From Candidatus Nanopelagicales bacterium (GTDB lineage: Bacteria > Actinomycetota > Actinomycetes > S36-B12 > CAIYMF01): a stretch of DNA of 64,000 nucleotides. Where the stretch lies: the NCBI GenBank assembly GCA_046330715.1, contig JAXLSG010000007.1:96629-160628 (forward strand), in the 5' to 3' direction. Every line of letters starts with the position of its first letter. Within the stretch, counting starts at the first letter, position 1. Below the pieces are notes generated by a model. It saw only the letters and a list, made by a program, of their open reading frames with translations, searched no databases and had not been told where the DNA came from. Positions 19,510 through 29,466 of the stretch are shown piece after piece. A program made the position numbers and the translations under genes.

Positions 19510-20603
19510 CTCGTCGTCCCAGACTCTGCCTCGGGCTCGTCGACGTCCGCCCCGCCTCGGACGATTTCCAACACGGGTCGATGGTGAGGAAGTCTCTGCA
19601 AGCGTGGCGCAATGCGCTCGATCGCCTGGGCCGTCTTGACCTGTTCCCCGTCATCGGACTCGGACGGCGTGACTTGCACATCGAACTGATAGTTGTGGTC
19701 AACCCGGCTGGCCAGGTCGCGAACTGCGACCCTCAGGTCATTGCCAAGTTCGTGATCTCTTCCGTCCGAGGTGGGGCGTGCGTACTCCTCGAGGAGTTCG
19801 GCCACGATTGCATCCACGTCGCCTTCGACCCGGGCTCGAACTGCAGCCGTGATCGCCTCAACCAAAGCTGGATCGAGTCCTTGCTCAGCCAGGCCGTCGT
19901 TATGTGCCATCATGCCGCGCACTCGCTCGTACACGTCCAGGCACTTGTCGACGGCCTGCGCGAAGGCGTACAAGACGGCGGGAATCAGCGGGATAATGAC
20001 CGTGTAATCAGAGGAGGACAGCGCTTTGACTTCCACCGGTGGCCGCGAACCTGTCACCAACTCGTTGAAGGGATTGACGATCCTTGTCAGCGAGCGGAAC
20101 TCCTTGCCGAGCTCCGCCAACTCTTCCGACACCTCTTCCCGCGGAATGCTCACCGCGACTTGGCCTTCTCCGGGACCGGCGGTTTCTGCCACGAACCCGA
20201 ACTCCACGAGGCTGGCCTGCCCCGATCTCAGGGCGTCGTACCAGGCGTCGACCTCCGTCGAAATCTGCGAGACGGTCTGCGCCGCGACTGCCGGCGTCAG
20301 GGTGTTCGTCTGCACTACCCGCTCCACGCGATCGAACAGGGCGCGGCCGATCTTCTCTGCGCCGCCGATGCGTGCAAGAGCATCGGTCCAAGTCGGAGTA
20401 AACGAGTTGACCGCGCTCTCTTCCGTGACTGCGTCTAGCTGATCTAGTTGTTCTGCTACACGCTGTTGGAAGCTGCTGTCCGCGGGCTGCGAGCCGAGGT
20501 TGCTCAAGGCGTCTCGCAACGTTCGAAGGACGAGAGGCGCATCATTGTCCGCCACGTCTGCGTTGACCGTCTCGAGGAGACGGAGGAGTTGTTCGACATT
20601 CAT
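19494..20603 (-). CDS. Hypothetical 369-aa protein in a lower-GC patch
   Basis: Long open frame with GGAGG upstream of ATG 20603 and many A/T-ending codons unlike the host genes. Confidence 0.8.
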   Translation of the reverse strand: MNVEQLLRLLETVNADVADNDAPLVLRTLRDALSNLGSQPADSSFQQRVAEQLDQLDAVTEESAVNSFTPTWTDALARIGGAEKIGRALFDRVERVVQTNTLTPAVAAQTVSQISTEVDAWYDALRSGQASLVEFGFVAETAGPGEGQVAVSIPREEVSEELAELGKEFRSLTRIVNPFNELVTGSRPPVEVKALSSSDYTVIIPLIPAVLYAFAQAVDKCLDVYERVRGMMAHNDGLAEQGLDPALVEAITAAVRARVEGDVDAIVAELLEEYARPTSDGRDHELGNDLRVAVRDLASRVDHNYQFDVQVTPSESDDGEQVKTAQAIERIAPRLQRLPHHRPVLEIVRGGADVDEPEAESGTTRWCAR

Positions 20604-22100
20604 GTGGAGCCCTCCGGAACTGCCGCAGCGTGTAACGCCCAGCAAATCGCATTGTTTGACTTGAGATGCCCGTTTCCCGCCTTCCTCCCTGTGTGACGCA
20701 TGTCCCGCAGGCCTGGTGGTGCGCAGCGCGCCACTCGAAGACATAGATCGCACCCGCCATGACGGGTGCAGCGAGGCGGAGTGGTCGGTGGTCGAGTAGG
20801 CGCTTCCGGCTGCTTCGACGGAGAAAACTGTCCGCGGCCGTTGGCACTCTCAGCCGCCTCTCATCGACGACATCAGCGTGTTCGACCAAGTCGCGTCGAG
20901 CAGGCGCAGGTGGGTTGTGGTTCGAGCAGTTCCGACGCGGTGGCACCTGGCGGACATACGGAGTCGGGCCTGTGAGGCGCTGCGCCGCTGGTCAATGTCT
21001 TGGGCCGTGAGTTCTGGCTCATCCCTACTTCTGATCAACCGGATCGCCTTCAGGCAGCGACAGAGCCGCAAGGCACCTAACCTGTGGAACGCTCGTCGTA
21101 CGCTCCATCAGTTCACACCCGCAGGGTGCTCTCGGGCGCCAAGATGTTCGCCAGCCATGAACGGGCCTTCGGCGGGATCGACTCCGCGCCGCACGCCACG
21201 TCCATCGGTGTCCGCCGTCGGTGTCACTCGATTGCATCGGATCCGTGTAGATCCTGAGGATGACGTTCAGATCCGAGGCCAGCGACCGCCGATCGCGAGC
21301 CACCTAGCGCCGGCCTGCGTTCCGCACTCGGCTACGTACACGCCCCGCCGCCGACTGGGCGCCCCAGTAGCGTGAACGGTGTGACAATCAGCGGCGTATT
21401 CATCTCGGTGCCAGGCTCCGAGATCTCGATCGATTGGCAACACGACGGCGATGAACTTCTCCACTCTCTTTACGCGGCCATCGCAAACCACGTCAGCGAT
21501 GTCGGTGGCCAAAGCATGTCCACTCATCCTCCGACCGAAGAAGAACCGTTCTACTTCATCGAAATCTCCGTAACCAGTGAGAAGCTGAGGTACAGCCTGT
21601 GCCTGTTCCCTCGCGAAGGAGGGCTTACTGCGTTCATTCGCGTTCCCGACTCAGATCCCGAGATCCGGGTCGACCAGCTACAACTCGATACGTGGACCAG
21701 GGTCCTTGCCGTGTCGGTCGCGGGTGTGGGAGCCAACGATGCAGCCTTCACGTGGAGCGCCGTGATCGGGCCAACGCCCGATCACAACTCGCAGCAGAAA
21801 CTTGCGTCGGAGGGCGCAGCGGCAGGTCTCCGACTGATCCCCGATTCGAATGCTCAACTACAGGTTGACGGCAGTACTCCACTGACGCTCAGCGGAGGTC
21901 AACTCTTCCATAGCTTCCCGATCATCGTCAGAGGAGAGGACCGCGGCTACGCCTTTCAAGTCGCACAGGAGTCGGCCATCGACCGCCTGGACCGCTTGTG
22001 CTGCGTGCTTAGCATCGCTTGGGACACCTGTTGGCAAATGCGCATGGCCCCATGGCAAGGAAACCTAGAGCCCGGTGGCCTTCCGTAGGTGACTTCCCCG
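19520..22100. other. Lower-GC acquired or decaying segment
   Basis: Abrupt composition change and truncated genes at both ends; no integrase, transposase or att repeats seen. Confidence 0.7.
21372..22088 (+). pseudogene. Truncated hypothetical protein, ApeA/HEPN-associated N-terminal-like
   Basis: Foreign codon usage. FPIIVRGEDRGY..LDRLCCVLSIAWDTCW resembles, from memory, the segment preceding HEPN domains. It stops at the GC junction and has no RxxxxH. Confidence 0.45.
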
Positions 22101-22339
22101 AGATCGTGCGCCAGCAGGAGTGGCATTCGCCGGTAGCCTCGCCTGACGACGTCAAGGGATGGATGACTCTGCAGCTCGTCGTCGATGCCGGCTTCCCCGG
22201 GGTGACCGAGGCGGGACTGCGCTCGCGGTTCGGCATCCCGCCGACGACAGGTCTGGACACGCCGCTCAAGGACCTGGACGGGTCCGTGCCCGGCTTCGAC
22301 GTCGCAGAGCTGCGCGCCTGGCTCTCCGACCAGGGATGA
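22089..22339 (+). pseudogene. Orphan C-terminal gene fragment (SPDDVKGWMTL...PLKDL..PGFDV domain)
   Basis: Host-like codons but no credible start; resembles the C-terminal domain of 4Fe-4S-binding membrane proteins. Confidence 0.5.
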
Positions 22340-22933
22340 GCACCGGCGTCACGACCGACCGGAGGTCGGCGGCACTTCCGGGGGCGGAGGCGGCGCAGAA
22401 CCCTCCGAGGAGGCGAGGTCGCTCCAGCTTGCTGCGCGTACCAGTGCGATGACGGCCGCGCAGCACGCGAGCAGGACCAGCACGATGCCGGACCACCCGA
22501 GCCCTGCCAGCAGCAGGAGCGCCAGACCCACGAGCGGCAGGACCGCGACGGTCCCGACGGGCGGAATGCGGTCGCCGCTGCCGTCGAGAAGACGTGCCAG
22601 GACACCGCCCGCTCCTCGACCCCGGCTCATGCCGACCGGACCGTAGGACGCCGAGGACGCACGAGGACACTCCGAGGTAGGGACCAGAAGGGCGACAGGG
22701 TCCCCGTCCTCCGCCGACCCAAACGCACGGCGGCCGTCGGTCCTCCGCCCCGGCTGAAGCCCGGCCCGGGTGCGCGTCGCGGGTCCGACACCGGAGAGGG
22801 CCATCACGCTGGTGACAGCGTGCACAGGGAGCAGCCCGCGCGGCCGCGATGCGAGCAGCGTCGGCGACGACACCGGGGCTCGACAGCGGTGCCGCGACTG
22901 ACGAGGGGAGGCCCTTCGTCGTTCGTGCGGGGG

Positions 22934-23413
22934 CTAGAGGCCCGGGATGGAGGCGGGGCCGAAGCTGCGGGGGGTCTCGACCTGGAGGGTGAACGGGACG
23001 CGGCGCTTCTCGGTGCCGTCGAGGGCGAAGACGAGGCTGTAGCGACCGGGGCGCATGAGCGGCAATCCCTGGAAGCTGAAGGCGAACGGCACGTTCTGCT
23101 CCTCGCCGCCGGTGAGCTGCGGCGGGCGGCCGACGTTGAACGCCATCTCTCCCCCGATGCCCTCGGCGCCGACGCCTGCGCCGGGCGGGAGCTCGGGGAC
23201 GTCGCCGTCCTCGGTGAGCAGCGTGAACGACAGCGTGTGCTCGGCGTTGGTGTCGTTCCACGGCACGTGCACGAGGCCGGCCGCGGTGAAGGACACGACG
23301 TACGGCGGCGGCGTGCCCGGCGGCACGATCACGCGGTCGATGTTGGCGCCGGCGATGAACAGCTTCTCGCCGGCGACCTGGGCGTGGTCGCAGAGCATGA
23401 CGTCGAGGTACAT
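22934..23413 (-). CDS. DUF6941-like hypothetical protein
   Basis: MLCDHAQVAGEKLFIAG, VPWNDTN, VGRPP, PGRY; GGGAG RBS. Confidence 0.8.
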   Translation of the reverse strand: MYLDVMLCDHAQVAGEKLFIAGANIDRVIVPPGTPPPYVVSFTAAGLVHVPWNDTNAEHTLSFTLLTEDGDVPELPPGAGVGAEGIGGEMAFNVGRPPQLTGGEEQNVPFAFSFQGLPLMRPGRYSLVFALDGTEKRRVPFTLQVETPRSFGPASIPGL

Positions 23414-23517
23414 GGGTGTCTCCCGTGGTCCCGCCGACGCCCGCAGCGCCCGCACCCCGACGCTATCGCCCACGGCCTGCGACGGCCGGTCCGGACCGCG
23501 TCGCACGCTCGGGGAAT

Positions 23518-23533
23518 ATACCCCCGGGGGTAT
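23518..23533. promoter_or_regulatory. CsoR/CstR-type operator
   Basis: Perfect palindrome ATACCCCCGGGGGTAT, followed by an extended -10 TGTTATCCT, upstream of trx. Confidence 0.85.
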
Positions 23534-23573
23534 CTGTTATCCTCGTCATCAGACCTTCGAGAGAGGACGACAG

Positions 23574-23930
23574 ATGGCCACCGTGACGCTCACGGCGCAG
23601 AACTTCGACGAGATCGCGACGGGCGAGGGCATCACCCTCGTCGACTGGTGGGCGTCCTGGTGCGGCCCGTGCCGCGCGTTCGCCCCGGTCTTCGAGCAGG
23701 CGTCGGAGACCCACCCCGACATCACCTTCGGCAAGGTCGACACCGAGGCCGAGCAGGCGCTCGCCGGTGCCGCGCAGATCAGCGCGATCCCCACGCTCAT
23801 GGCCTTCCGCGACGGCGTCCTGGTCTACCGCGAGGCGGGCGCCCTGCCGGCCAAGGCCCTCGAGCAGCTGATCCAGGCCGTGCGCGAGCTCGACATGGAC
23901 GCGGTCAAGGCGCAGGTGGCGTCGGCATGA
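23574..23930 (+). CDS. trxA: Thioredoxin
   Basis: DWWASWCGPC, FGKVDTE, ISAIPTL; GAGGA RBS. Confidence 0.93.
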   Translation: MATVTLTAQNFDEIATGEGITLVDWWASWCGPCRAFAPVFEQASETHPDITFGKVDTEAEQALAGAAQISAIPTLMAFRDGVLVYREAGALPAKALEQLIQAVRELDMDAVKAQVASA

Positions 23931-24256
23931 TCCGCACCATCAGCGTCCAGGAGGCTGCGGCGGCGCGCAGCCTGCGCTCGGCTGCCTTCCTCGACGTCCG
24001 CAACGCCGACGAGTTCGCCGACGGCCACGTCGACGGCGCGCTCTTCATGCCGCTGCACATCGTGCCGCTGCGCGCGTCCGAGCTCTCGCGCTCGGAGACC
24101 TACCTCGTGATCTGCCAGTCGGGCGGACGCTCGGCGCAGGCTGCGGCGTACCTCGCCTCGGCCGGCTACGACGTGCGCTCCGTCGAGGGCGGCATGTCGG
24201 CCTGGCGCGCGGCGGGCCTGCCCGTCACGACCGGTCGCGTCGACGTCGGCGTCTGA
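23927..24256 (+). CDS. Rhodanese-domain sulfurtransferase
   Basis: LDVR..EF..GHVDGA, active loop CQSGGRS, GGMSAW; ATGA overlap with trx. Confidence 0.92.
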   Translation: MIRTISVQEAAAARSLRSAAFLDVRNADEFADGHVDGALFMPLHIVPLRASELSRSETYLVICQSGGRSAQAAAYLASAGYDVRSVEGGMSAWRAAGLPVTTGRVDVGV

Positions 24257-24295
24257 CACCGCTCCCCCGATCCTCGATCTGCTGAAGGAACCCTC

Positions 24296-24685
24296 GTGAA
24301 GAAGCTCCTCGTCCTGCTCGCCGCCCTGCTCGGCGTCACCGTCCTCGCCGGCTGCGGCTCGAGCGGCGGCGTCAGCACCGTCGACCCGCAGGCCTTCCTG
24401 ACGACGGCGAAGCAGCCGGGCGTCGTGGTCGTCGACGTGCGCACCCCGCAGGAGTACGCCGCGGGCCACGTCGACGGCGCGATCAACATCGACGTCGAGG
24501 GCGGCTCGTTCGACGCCGAGATCGCGAAGCTCGACAAGAACGCGACGTACGCCGTCTACTGCCACAGCGGCCGTCGCTCGGGCCTGGCCACCGACGCGAT
24601 GGGCAAGGCCGGCTTCACCCACGTCTACAACCTCAGCGGCGGCATCGGCGACCTGCAGGCCGCCGGCGCGACGATCGTCCAGTAG
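24296..24685 (+). CDS. Rhodanese-domain lipoprotein
   Basis: Signal peptide with lipobox LAGC; DVRTPQEY..GHVDGA; CHSGRRS. Confidence 0.92.
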   Translation: MKKLLVLLAALLGVTVLAGCGSSGGVSTVDPQAFLTTAKQPGVVVVDVRTPQEYAAGHVDGAINIDVEGGSFDAEIAKLDKNATYAVYCHSGRRSGLATDAMGKAGFTHVYNLSGGIGDLQAAGATIVQ

Positions 24686-24754
24686 CGGCCGAGGCTCCGT
24701 GCGCCGCCGGTGCGGCGCTTTGCCCGCCGACGTGCCTCCCGGCAGAGTGCTGCC

Positions 24755-26062
24755 GTGACCGACGCGAGCTCCGCCGACGCCATCGTCGTGGGCGCTGGCG
24801 TGATGGGCTCCGCCATCGCGCTCGAGCTCGCGCGCGCCGGACGCTCCGTGGTGGTCGTCGACAAGTCCGGCGGCGCCGGCTTCGGGTCGACGAGCGCGTC
24901 GAGCGCCATCATCCGGTTCACCTACTCGACCTTCGAGGGCGTCGCGCTCGCGTGGGAGTCCTACCACCGCTGGCTCGACTGGCCCCATCACCTCGGCGCG
25001 GCCGACGGCGACGGTCTCGCCCGTTTCCACCGCGTCGGGATGGTCGCGCTCGACGTACCGCTCATGCCGCGCCACCGGATGACCGACCTCCTCGCGCGCG
25101 TCGGCGTCCCCTACGAGGACTGGGACGCCGACGAGGTCGCGCAGCGCATACCCGGCATCGACGTGGGCTCGTGGTGGCCGCCGAAGCCCGTGACGTCGCC
25201 GGAGTTCCTCGACGGGCCCGACGGCCGTCTCGGCGCCGTCTTCACACCGGATGCCGGGTACGTCGACGACCCGCGCCTGGCCGCCGCGAACCTCGCCGAC
25301 GCCGCGACGAGGGCCGGTGCCTCGTTCCGCTTCCGCCGCACGGTGATCGGGGCGCAGCATCGCGACGGCGCGTGGGAGGTCGACCTCGACGACGGCGCGT
25401 CGCTGCGTGCACCGGTGGTCGTCAACGCCGCCGGTCCCTGGTCGGGCGCCCTGAACCGCATGGTCGGCGCCGACTCCGACTTCACCATCGGGCTGCGGCC
25501 GCTGCGCCAGGAGGTGCACGTCGTCCCTGCGCCGGCACCGCTGCGCGACGCGGGCACGTTCCCGGCGCTCAGCGACATGGACCTCGGCACCTACAGCCGA
25601 CCTGCGCCCGGCGGCATGCTCCTCGTCGGCGGCACGGAGCCGGAGTGCGACCCGATGCAGTGGCTCGACGACCCCGACGACGCCGTCCCCGGCGCGACCA
25701 CCGAGCTCTTCGAGGCGCAGGTGCTCCGCGCGGCACGCCGCTACCCCGACCTCGAGATCCCGTTGCGCCCCAGCGGGATCGCCGGCGTGTACGACGTGAG
25801 CGACGACTGGATCCCGGTCTACGACCGCACGTCGCTGCCGGGCTTCTACGTCGCTGCCGGGACGAGCGGCAACCAGTTCAAGAACGCGCCCGTGGTCGGG
25901 GAGCTCATGGCGGCGCTGATCGACGCGTGCGAGAGCGGCCACGACCACGATGCGGAGCCGGTGCGCTTCGACTGCCGGGCCACCGGGCTGCAGCTCGACC
26001 TCGGCACGTTCTCCCGCAGGCGCGAGCGCAACCCTGACTCGAGCGGCACGGTGATGGGCTGA
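24755..26062 (+). CDS. FAD-dependent oxidoreductase (DAO/sarcosine oxidase beta-like)
   Basis: VVGAGVMG, GSTSASSAI, VNAAGPW, GTSGNQFK. Confidence 0.9.
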   Translation: MTDASSADAIVVGAGVMGSAIALELARAGRSVVVVDKSGGAGFGSTSASSAIIRFTYSTFEGVALAWESYHRWLDWPHHLGAADGDGLARFHRVGMVALDVPLMPRHRMTDLLARVGVPYEDWDADEVAQRIPGIDVGSWWPPKPVTSPEFLDGPDGRLGAVFTPDAGYVDDPRLAAANLADAATRAGASFRFRRTVIGAQHRDGAWEVDLDDGASLRAPVVVNAAGPWSGALNRMVGADSDFTIGLRPLRQEVHVVPAPAPLRDAGTFPALSDMDLGTYSRPAPGGMLLVGGTEPECDPMQWLDDPDDAVPGATTELFEAQVLRAARRYPDLEIPLRPSGIAGVYDVSDDWIPVYDRTSLPGFYVAAGTSGNQFKNAPVVGELMAALIDACESGHDHDAEPVRFDCRATGLQLDLGTFSRRRERNPDSSGTVMG

Positions 26063-26066
26063 GCGG

Positions 26067-26831
26067 TCAGCGCAGCCGCGCGACCCACAGCTCCTCGGCC
26101 GGCCACCGCGACGCCCACTCCGCCGTCGCGATGTCGTAGTACTCGTGGTCGGCGGCGTCGTCGGGTGCGTAGAGCTCGTGCAGCGCCTCGACCACGAAGC
26201 CGTGCGACGTGAGCACCGCGATCCAGTCGCCGTGCGACGGGTGGTGCTCCACTCCCCCGCCCGGCCACGCGACGCGGCGCACGTCGCGCTGACCGCGCAG
26301 CAGCCGCTCCTGCGCGGCACCTTCGTCCTCCGGCACGCACAGCGCAGAGAGCAGGCTGTTGGTGAGGAAGACGAGCCGGCCGCCGGGACGCAGCACGCGA
26401 GCAGCCTCCGCGACCCACGCCCGCGGCTCGCACCACGCGGCGGCCCCGTGCTCGCTGAGGACGAGGTCGAACGTCGCGTCGCGCAGCGGCAGCCGCTGCG
26501 CGTCGGCCTGCACGAGCGGGAACACGGGGCCGTACGCGCGCTGGCAGCGGAGGCCGCTCGCGAGCTGCTCCCACGACAGGTCGAGCGACACCACGCGCGC
26601 CCCGCTGCGACGGAGGAAGGCACCGACGTACGCCGTGCCTCCCGCGAGATCCACGACGTCGAGGCTGGTCACGTCGCCGAGCACGCCGAGCTCTGCGTCG
26701 CTGCGCTCGAACAGCCCCCACACCATCCCGCTGCGGTGCCACGCGGCGTCGGCGGCTGCGTCGGTGAACTGCTCGTTCACCACGGCCCAGATGGCCCGGT
26801 TGCGCGCCAGGTCGCTGCTCCACGCTCCCAC
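26067..26831 (-). CDS. Class I SAM-dependent methyltransferase
   Basis: VVDLAGGTAY, QADAQRLP, FDLVLSEHGA, RVLRPGG; GTG start 7 nt after TAGCCT. Confidence 0.87.
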   Translation of the reverse strand: MGAWSSDLARNRAIWAVVNEQFTDAAADAAWHRSGMVWGLFERSDAELGVLGDVTSLDVVDLAGGTAYVGAFLRRSGARVVSLDLSWEQLASGLRCQRAYGPVFPLVQADAQRLPLRDATFDLVLSEHGAAAWCEPRAWVAEAARVLRPGGRLVFLTNSLLSALCVPEDEGAAQERLLRGQRDVRRVAWPGGGVEHHPSHGDWIAVLTSHGFVVEALHELYAPDDAADHEYYDIATAEWASRWPAEELWVARLR

Positions 26832-26951
26832 GAGGGGCAGGCTAGCCGGACGTCGCGCGACGACGTCCGAAGGGACGATCAGCAGCACGCGGTCCGGCGC
26901 GACACCGCAGGTACCGTTGTCCGCGGCGGGGTTCGAGAAGGAGTTCAGCGC

Positions 26952-28289
26952 GTGACGCACGGCGAGCCTGCGCCCGTCGACATGAGCGAGCACGGCCTCG
27001 TGGCCACGACGATGCCCGACCTGTTCCGGCTCGCGATGCGGCAGTCGCCCGTCGCCACCTGCCTGGTCGGACTGGACGGCCGCTTCCTCGCGGTGAACCC
27101 CGCGGCGCGCGAGCTGCTCGACCACTCGTCCGACGAGCTCGTGCAGCTCTCGCTCCAGCGCCTCGCCCACCCCGACGACGTCCTCGTCGACGCCGAGGCC
27201 CGCGACCGGGTCGTGCGCGGCGAGTCCGACAGCTACCGCACCCAGCAGCGGTTCGTGCTGCACGACGACCGGGTCCTCGTGGGCGAGCTCGCGGTGAACG
27301 CGCTGCGCGACGACGACGGACGACTGGTCGCGTACGTCGTGCAGATCATCGACGTCGGCGACCGCGAGGCCGCGCGGGACGAGGCGGCGTCGGCGCGCCA
27401 GGAGCTGCGCGGCGTCATCGACTCGCTCATCGACCCGTGGGTCTACCTCGCCGCGGTCCGCGACGAGGACGGGCGGATCGTCGACTTCGCCTACCGCGAC
27501 GCCAACGACGCGGCCCTCGCCGCCAACCGCATGACGCGCGAGGAGCTGCTCTCGCAGACGCTGCTCGGGCTGCTCCCCGCCCACGCGGAGAACGGGCTGC
27601 TCGAGAAGTACGTCGCCGTCGTCGAGACCGGCGAGCCGCTGACGCTCGACGACGACCCGTACGCCAACGAGATCACGGGCACCGAGACGCGCTGGTTCGA
27701 CAACCGCGCCGTGCGGGTCGGCGACGGGCTGAGCTTCACCTGGCGCGACGTGACCGACCGAGTGCGTCTGCGGCGACGTCTCGCCGAGGAGGCACGGTCC
27801 GACCCGCTCACGGGCCTCGCCAACCGGCTCGGCCTCGAGGACGCCGCGGTGACCATGTTCGGGCGCGCGCCTCGTCAGGGACGCCGGCTCGCGATCCTCT
27901 ACTGCGACCTCGACGGGCTGAAGGCCATCAACGACACCTACGGTCACGAGTGGGGCGACCGGGTGCTGCGCGCGGTCGCCGACCGCATCAACGGCGCCCT
28001 GCGCCACGGCGACGTGGCGGCGCGCATCGGCGGCGACGAGTTCGTCGTGCTCGCCGACGGGATCGTCGACGAGGAGGCCGCGATCGGCGTCGCGCTGCGC
28101 ATCGCCGACGCCGTCACGCGACCCGTGCTGCACGGCCCCGACGCCCTCACCCCCACCCTCACGATCGGGCACACGCTGGCCGACCCGGGCGACGACGTCA
28201 CGGCCGCCCTGCGCCGTGCCGACGACGCGCTCATGGCCCGCAAGCGGTCGCGCGGCACCGAGCCGCCCGTCGTGGGTGCCACGCCGTAG
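26952..28289 (+). CDS. PAS-PAS-GGDEF diguanylate cyclase
   Basis: Two PAS domains (AHPDD), DPLTGLANR, DLDGLKAIND..GH, RHGD I-site, GGDEF; GAAGGAG RBS. Confidence 0.92.
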   Translation: MTHGEPAPVDMSEHGLVATTMPDLFRLAMRQSPVATCLVGLDGRFLAVNPAARELLDHSSDELVQLSLQRLAHPDDVLVDAEARDRVVRGESDSYRTQQRFVLHDDRVLVGELAVNALRDDDGRLVAYVVQIIDVGDREAARDEAASARQELRGVIDSLIDPWVYLAAVRDEDGRIVDFAYRDANDAALAANRMTREELLSQTLLGLLPAHAENGLLEKYVAVVETGEPLTLDDDPYANEITGTETRWFDNRAVRVGDGLSFTWRDVTDRVRLRRRLAEEARSDPLTGLANRLGLEDAAVTMFGRAPRQGRRLAILYCDLDGLKAINDTYGHEWGDRVLRAVADRINGALRHGDVAARIGGDEFVVLADGIVDEEAAIGVALRIADAVTRPVLHGPDALTPTLTIGHTLADPGDDVTAALRRADDALMARKRSRGTEPPVVGATP

Positions 28290-28316
28290 GTTGGTGCCTC
28301 CCGACGAGGAGGCCCC

Positions 28317-29444
28317 ATGCCGGTGATCACGCCCGACCGCGCCCGCGCGCTGCGGATGGCCGCCCTGCTCGTCGCCCCGCGACCCGCGAGCGCCGGTACG
28401 CCGGCCACGGTCGACGCGATCGTCACGCACCTCGGCGCCATGCAGGCGCAGGACAACGCGAGCGGCCTCTGGTCGCTCGGGCTGCGGCTCGGCGGGGCGA
28501 CGCAGGCCGAGGTCACCGTCGCGCTCGAGCGGCGCGAGGCGCTGCGCACCTGGCCGATGCGCGGCACCGTGCACCTCGTGCCGTCGCGCGACGCCCACTG
28601 GATGCTCGACGTCACGGGGAGCAAGGCGCTCGCGGGCGCAGCCAAGCGCCGTCAGTACCTCGGCCTCGCCGACGAGGTCGCCGACCGCGCCGTGGAGACC
28701 ATCGGCGAGCAGCTCTCGGGAGGACGTCGGCTCACGCGCGCGCAGCTGCTCGACGCGCTCGTGGCCTCCGGCGTACCCATCACGAACAACCTCGGCTACC
28801 ACCTGCTCTGGTACGCCAGCCAGCGCGGCGTCAGCGCGATCGCGCCCGACGTCGACGGCGAGCAGACCTTCGTGCTCCTCGACGACTGGGTGCCCGACCC
28901 CGTGCGGCTCAGCACCGACGAGGCGCTCGCCACCCTCGCGACCCGCTACTTCCGCAGCCACGGCCCGACCACCCGCCAGGACTTCCAGGGCTGGACCGGC
29001 CTCAACGTGACCGAGTCGAAGAAGGCGATCGCGCTCGCGGGCGACGCGCTGGCGACGGCGGAGCTCGACGGTGTCGAGGTGCTGCTCGACCCGGTGCTCC
29101 TGGAGGCTGGGCTCCTCGACGCCGACCTGCCCGACGACGACAGCATCCACGCGCTGCCCGGGTTCGACGAGTACATGCTCGGCTACAAGGACCGCTCGCT
29201 GTTCCTCGACAAGAGCCAGTTCGACGCGGTCGTCCCCGGCGGCAACGGGATGTTCCGCTCCACGCTCGTGCGCCGCGGACGCGTGCTCGCGACGTGGACG
29301 CGCAGCACGAAGGGGAAGCGGGGCGTCGTCACCGCCACCCCGCTCGTCCGGCTGACGAAGGCCGACCGCGCCGCGGCCGAGAAGGCGCTGCAGCCGTGGG
29401 CCGACCACGTGGGCTTGCCGCTCGAGGTGCGCTGGGAGTCCTGA
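28317..29444 (+). CDS. HTH_42 winged-helix DNA glycosylase, AlkZ-like
   Basis: MQAQD (QxQ), RTWPMRGTVHLV, RYFRSHGP, LPGFDEYMLGYKDR. Confidence 0.88.
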   Translation: MPVITPDRARALRMAALLVAPRPASAGTPATVDAIVTHLGAMQAQDNASGLWSLGLRLGGATQAEVTVALERREALRTWPMRGTVHLVPSRDAHWMLDVTGSKALAGAAKRRQYLGLADEVADRAVETIGEQLSGGRRLTRAQLLDALVASGVPITNNLGYHLLWYASQRGVSAIAPDVDGEQTFVLLDDWVPDPVRLSTDEALATLATRYFRSHGPTTRQDFQGWTGLNVTESKKAIALAGDALATAELDGVEVLLDPVLLEAGLLDADLPDDDSIHALPGFDEYMLGYKDRSLFLDKSQFDAVVPGGNGMFRSTLVRRGRVLATWTRSTKGKRGVVTATPLVRLTKADRAAAEKALQPWADHVGLPLEVRWES

Positions 29445-29466
29445 GCCGACCCTGGTCCGATCAGGC

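Noticed and set aside
20604-21371. Small ORFs or an ncRNA (e.g. retron-like) inside the lower-GC patch
   Set aside because: Only short broken frames and small hairpins, with no reverse transcriptase nearby. More likely a decayed gene; not supportable as a feature.
19520-22100. Prophage or IS element
   Set aside because: No integrase, transposase, terminal inverted repeats or target-site duplication visible.
22349-22873. 174-aa membrane ORF
   Set aside because: Only the last third looks protein-like and there is no convincing start; at best a decayed fragment.
22820-24256. 478-aa rhodanese fusion and 291-aa thioredoxin fusion
   Set aside because: ORF overextension. The real starts are 23574 and 23927, supported by an RBS and an ATGA overlap.
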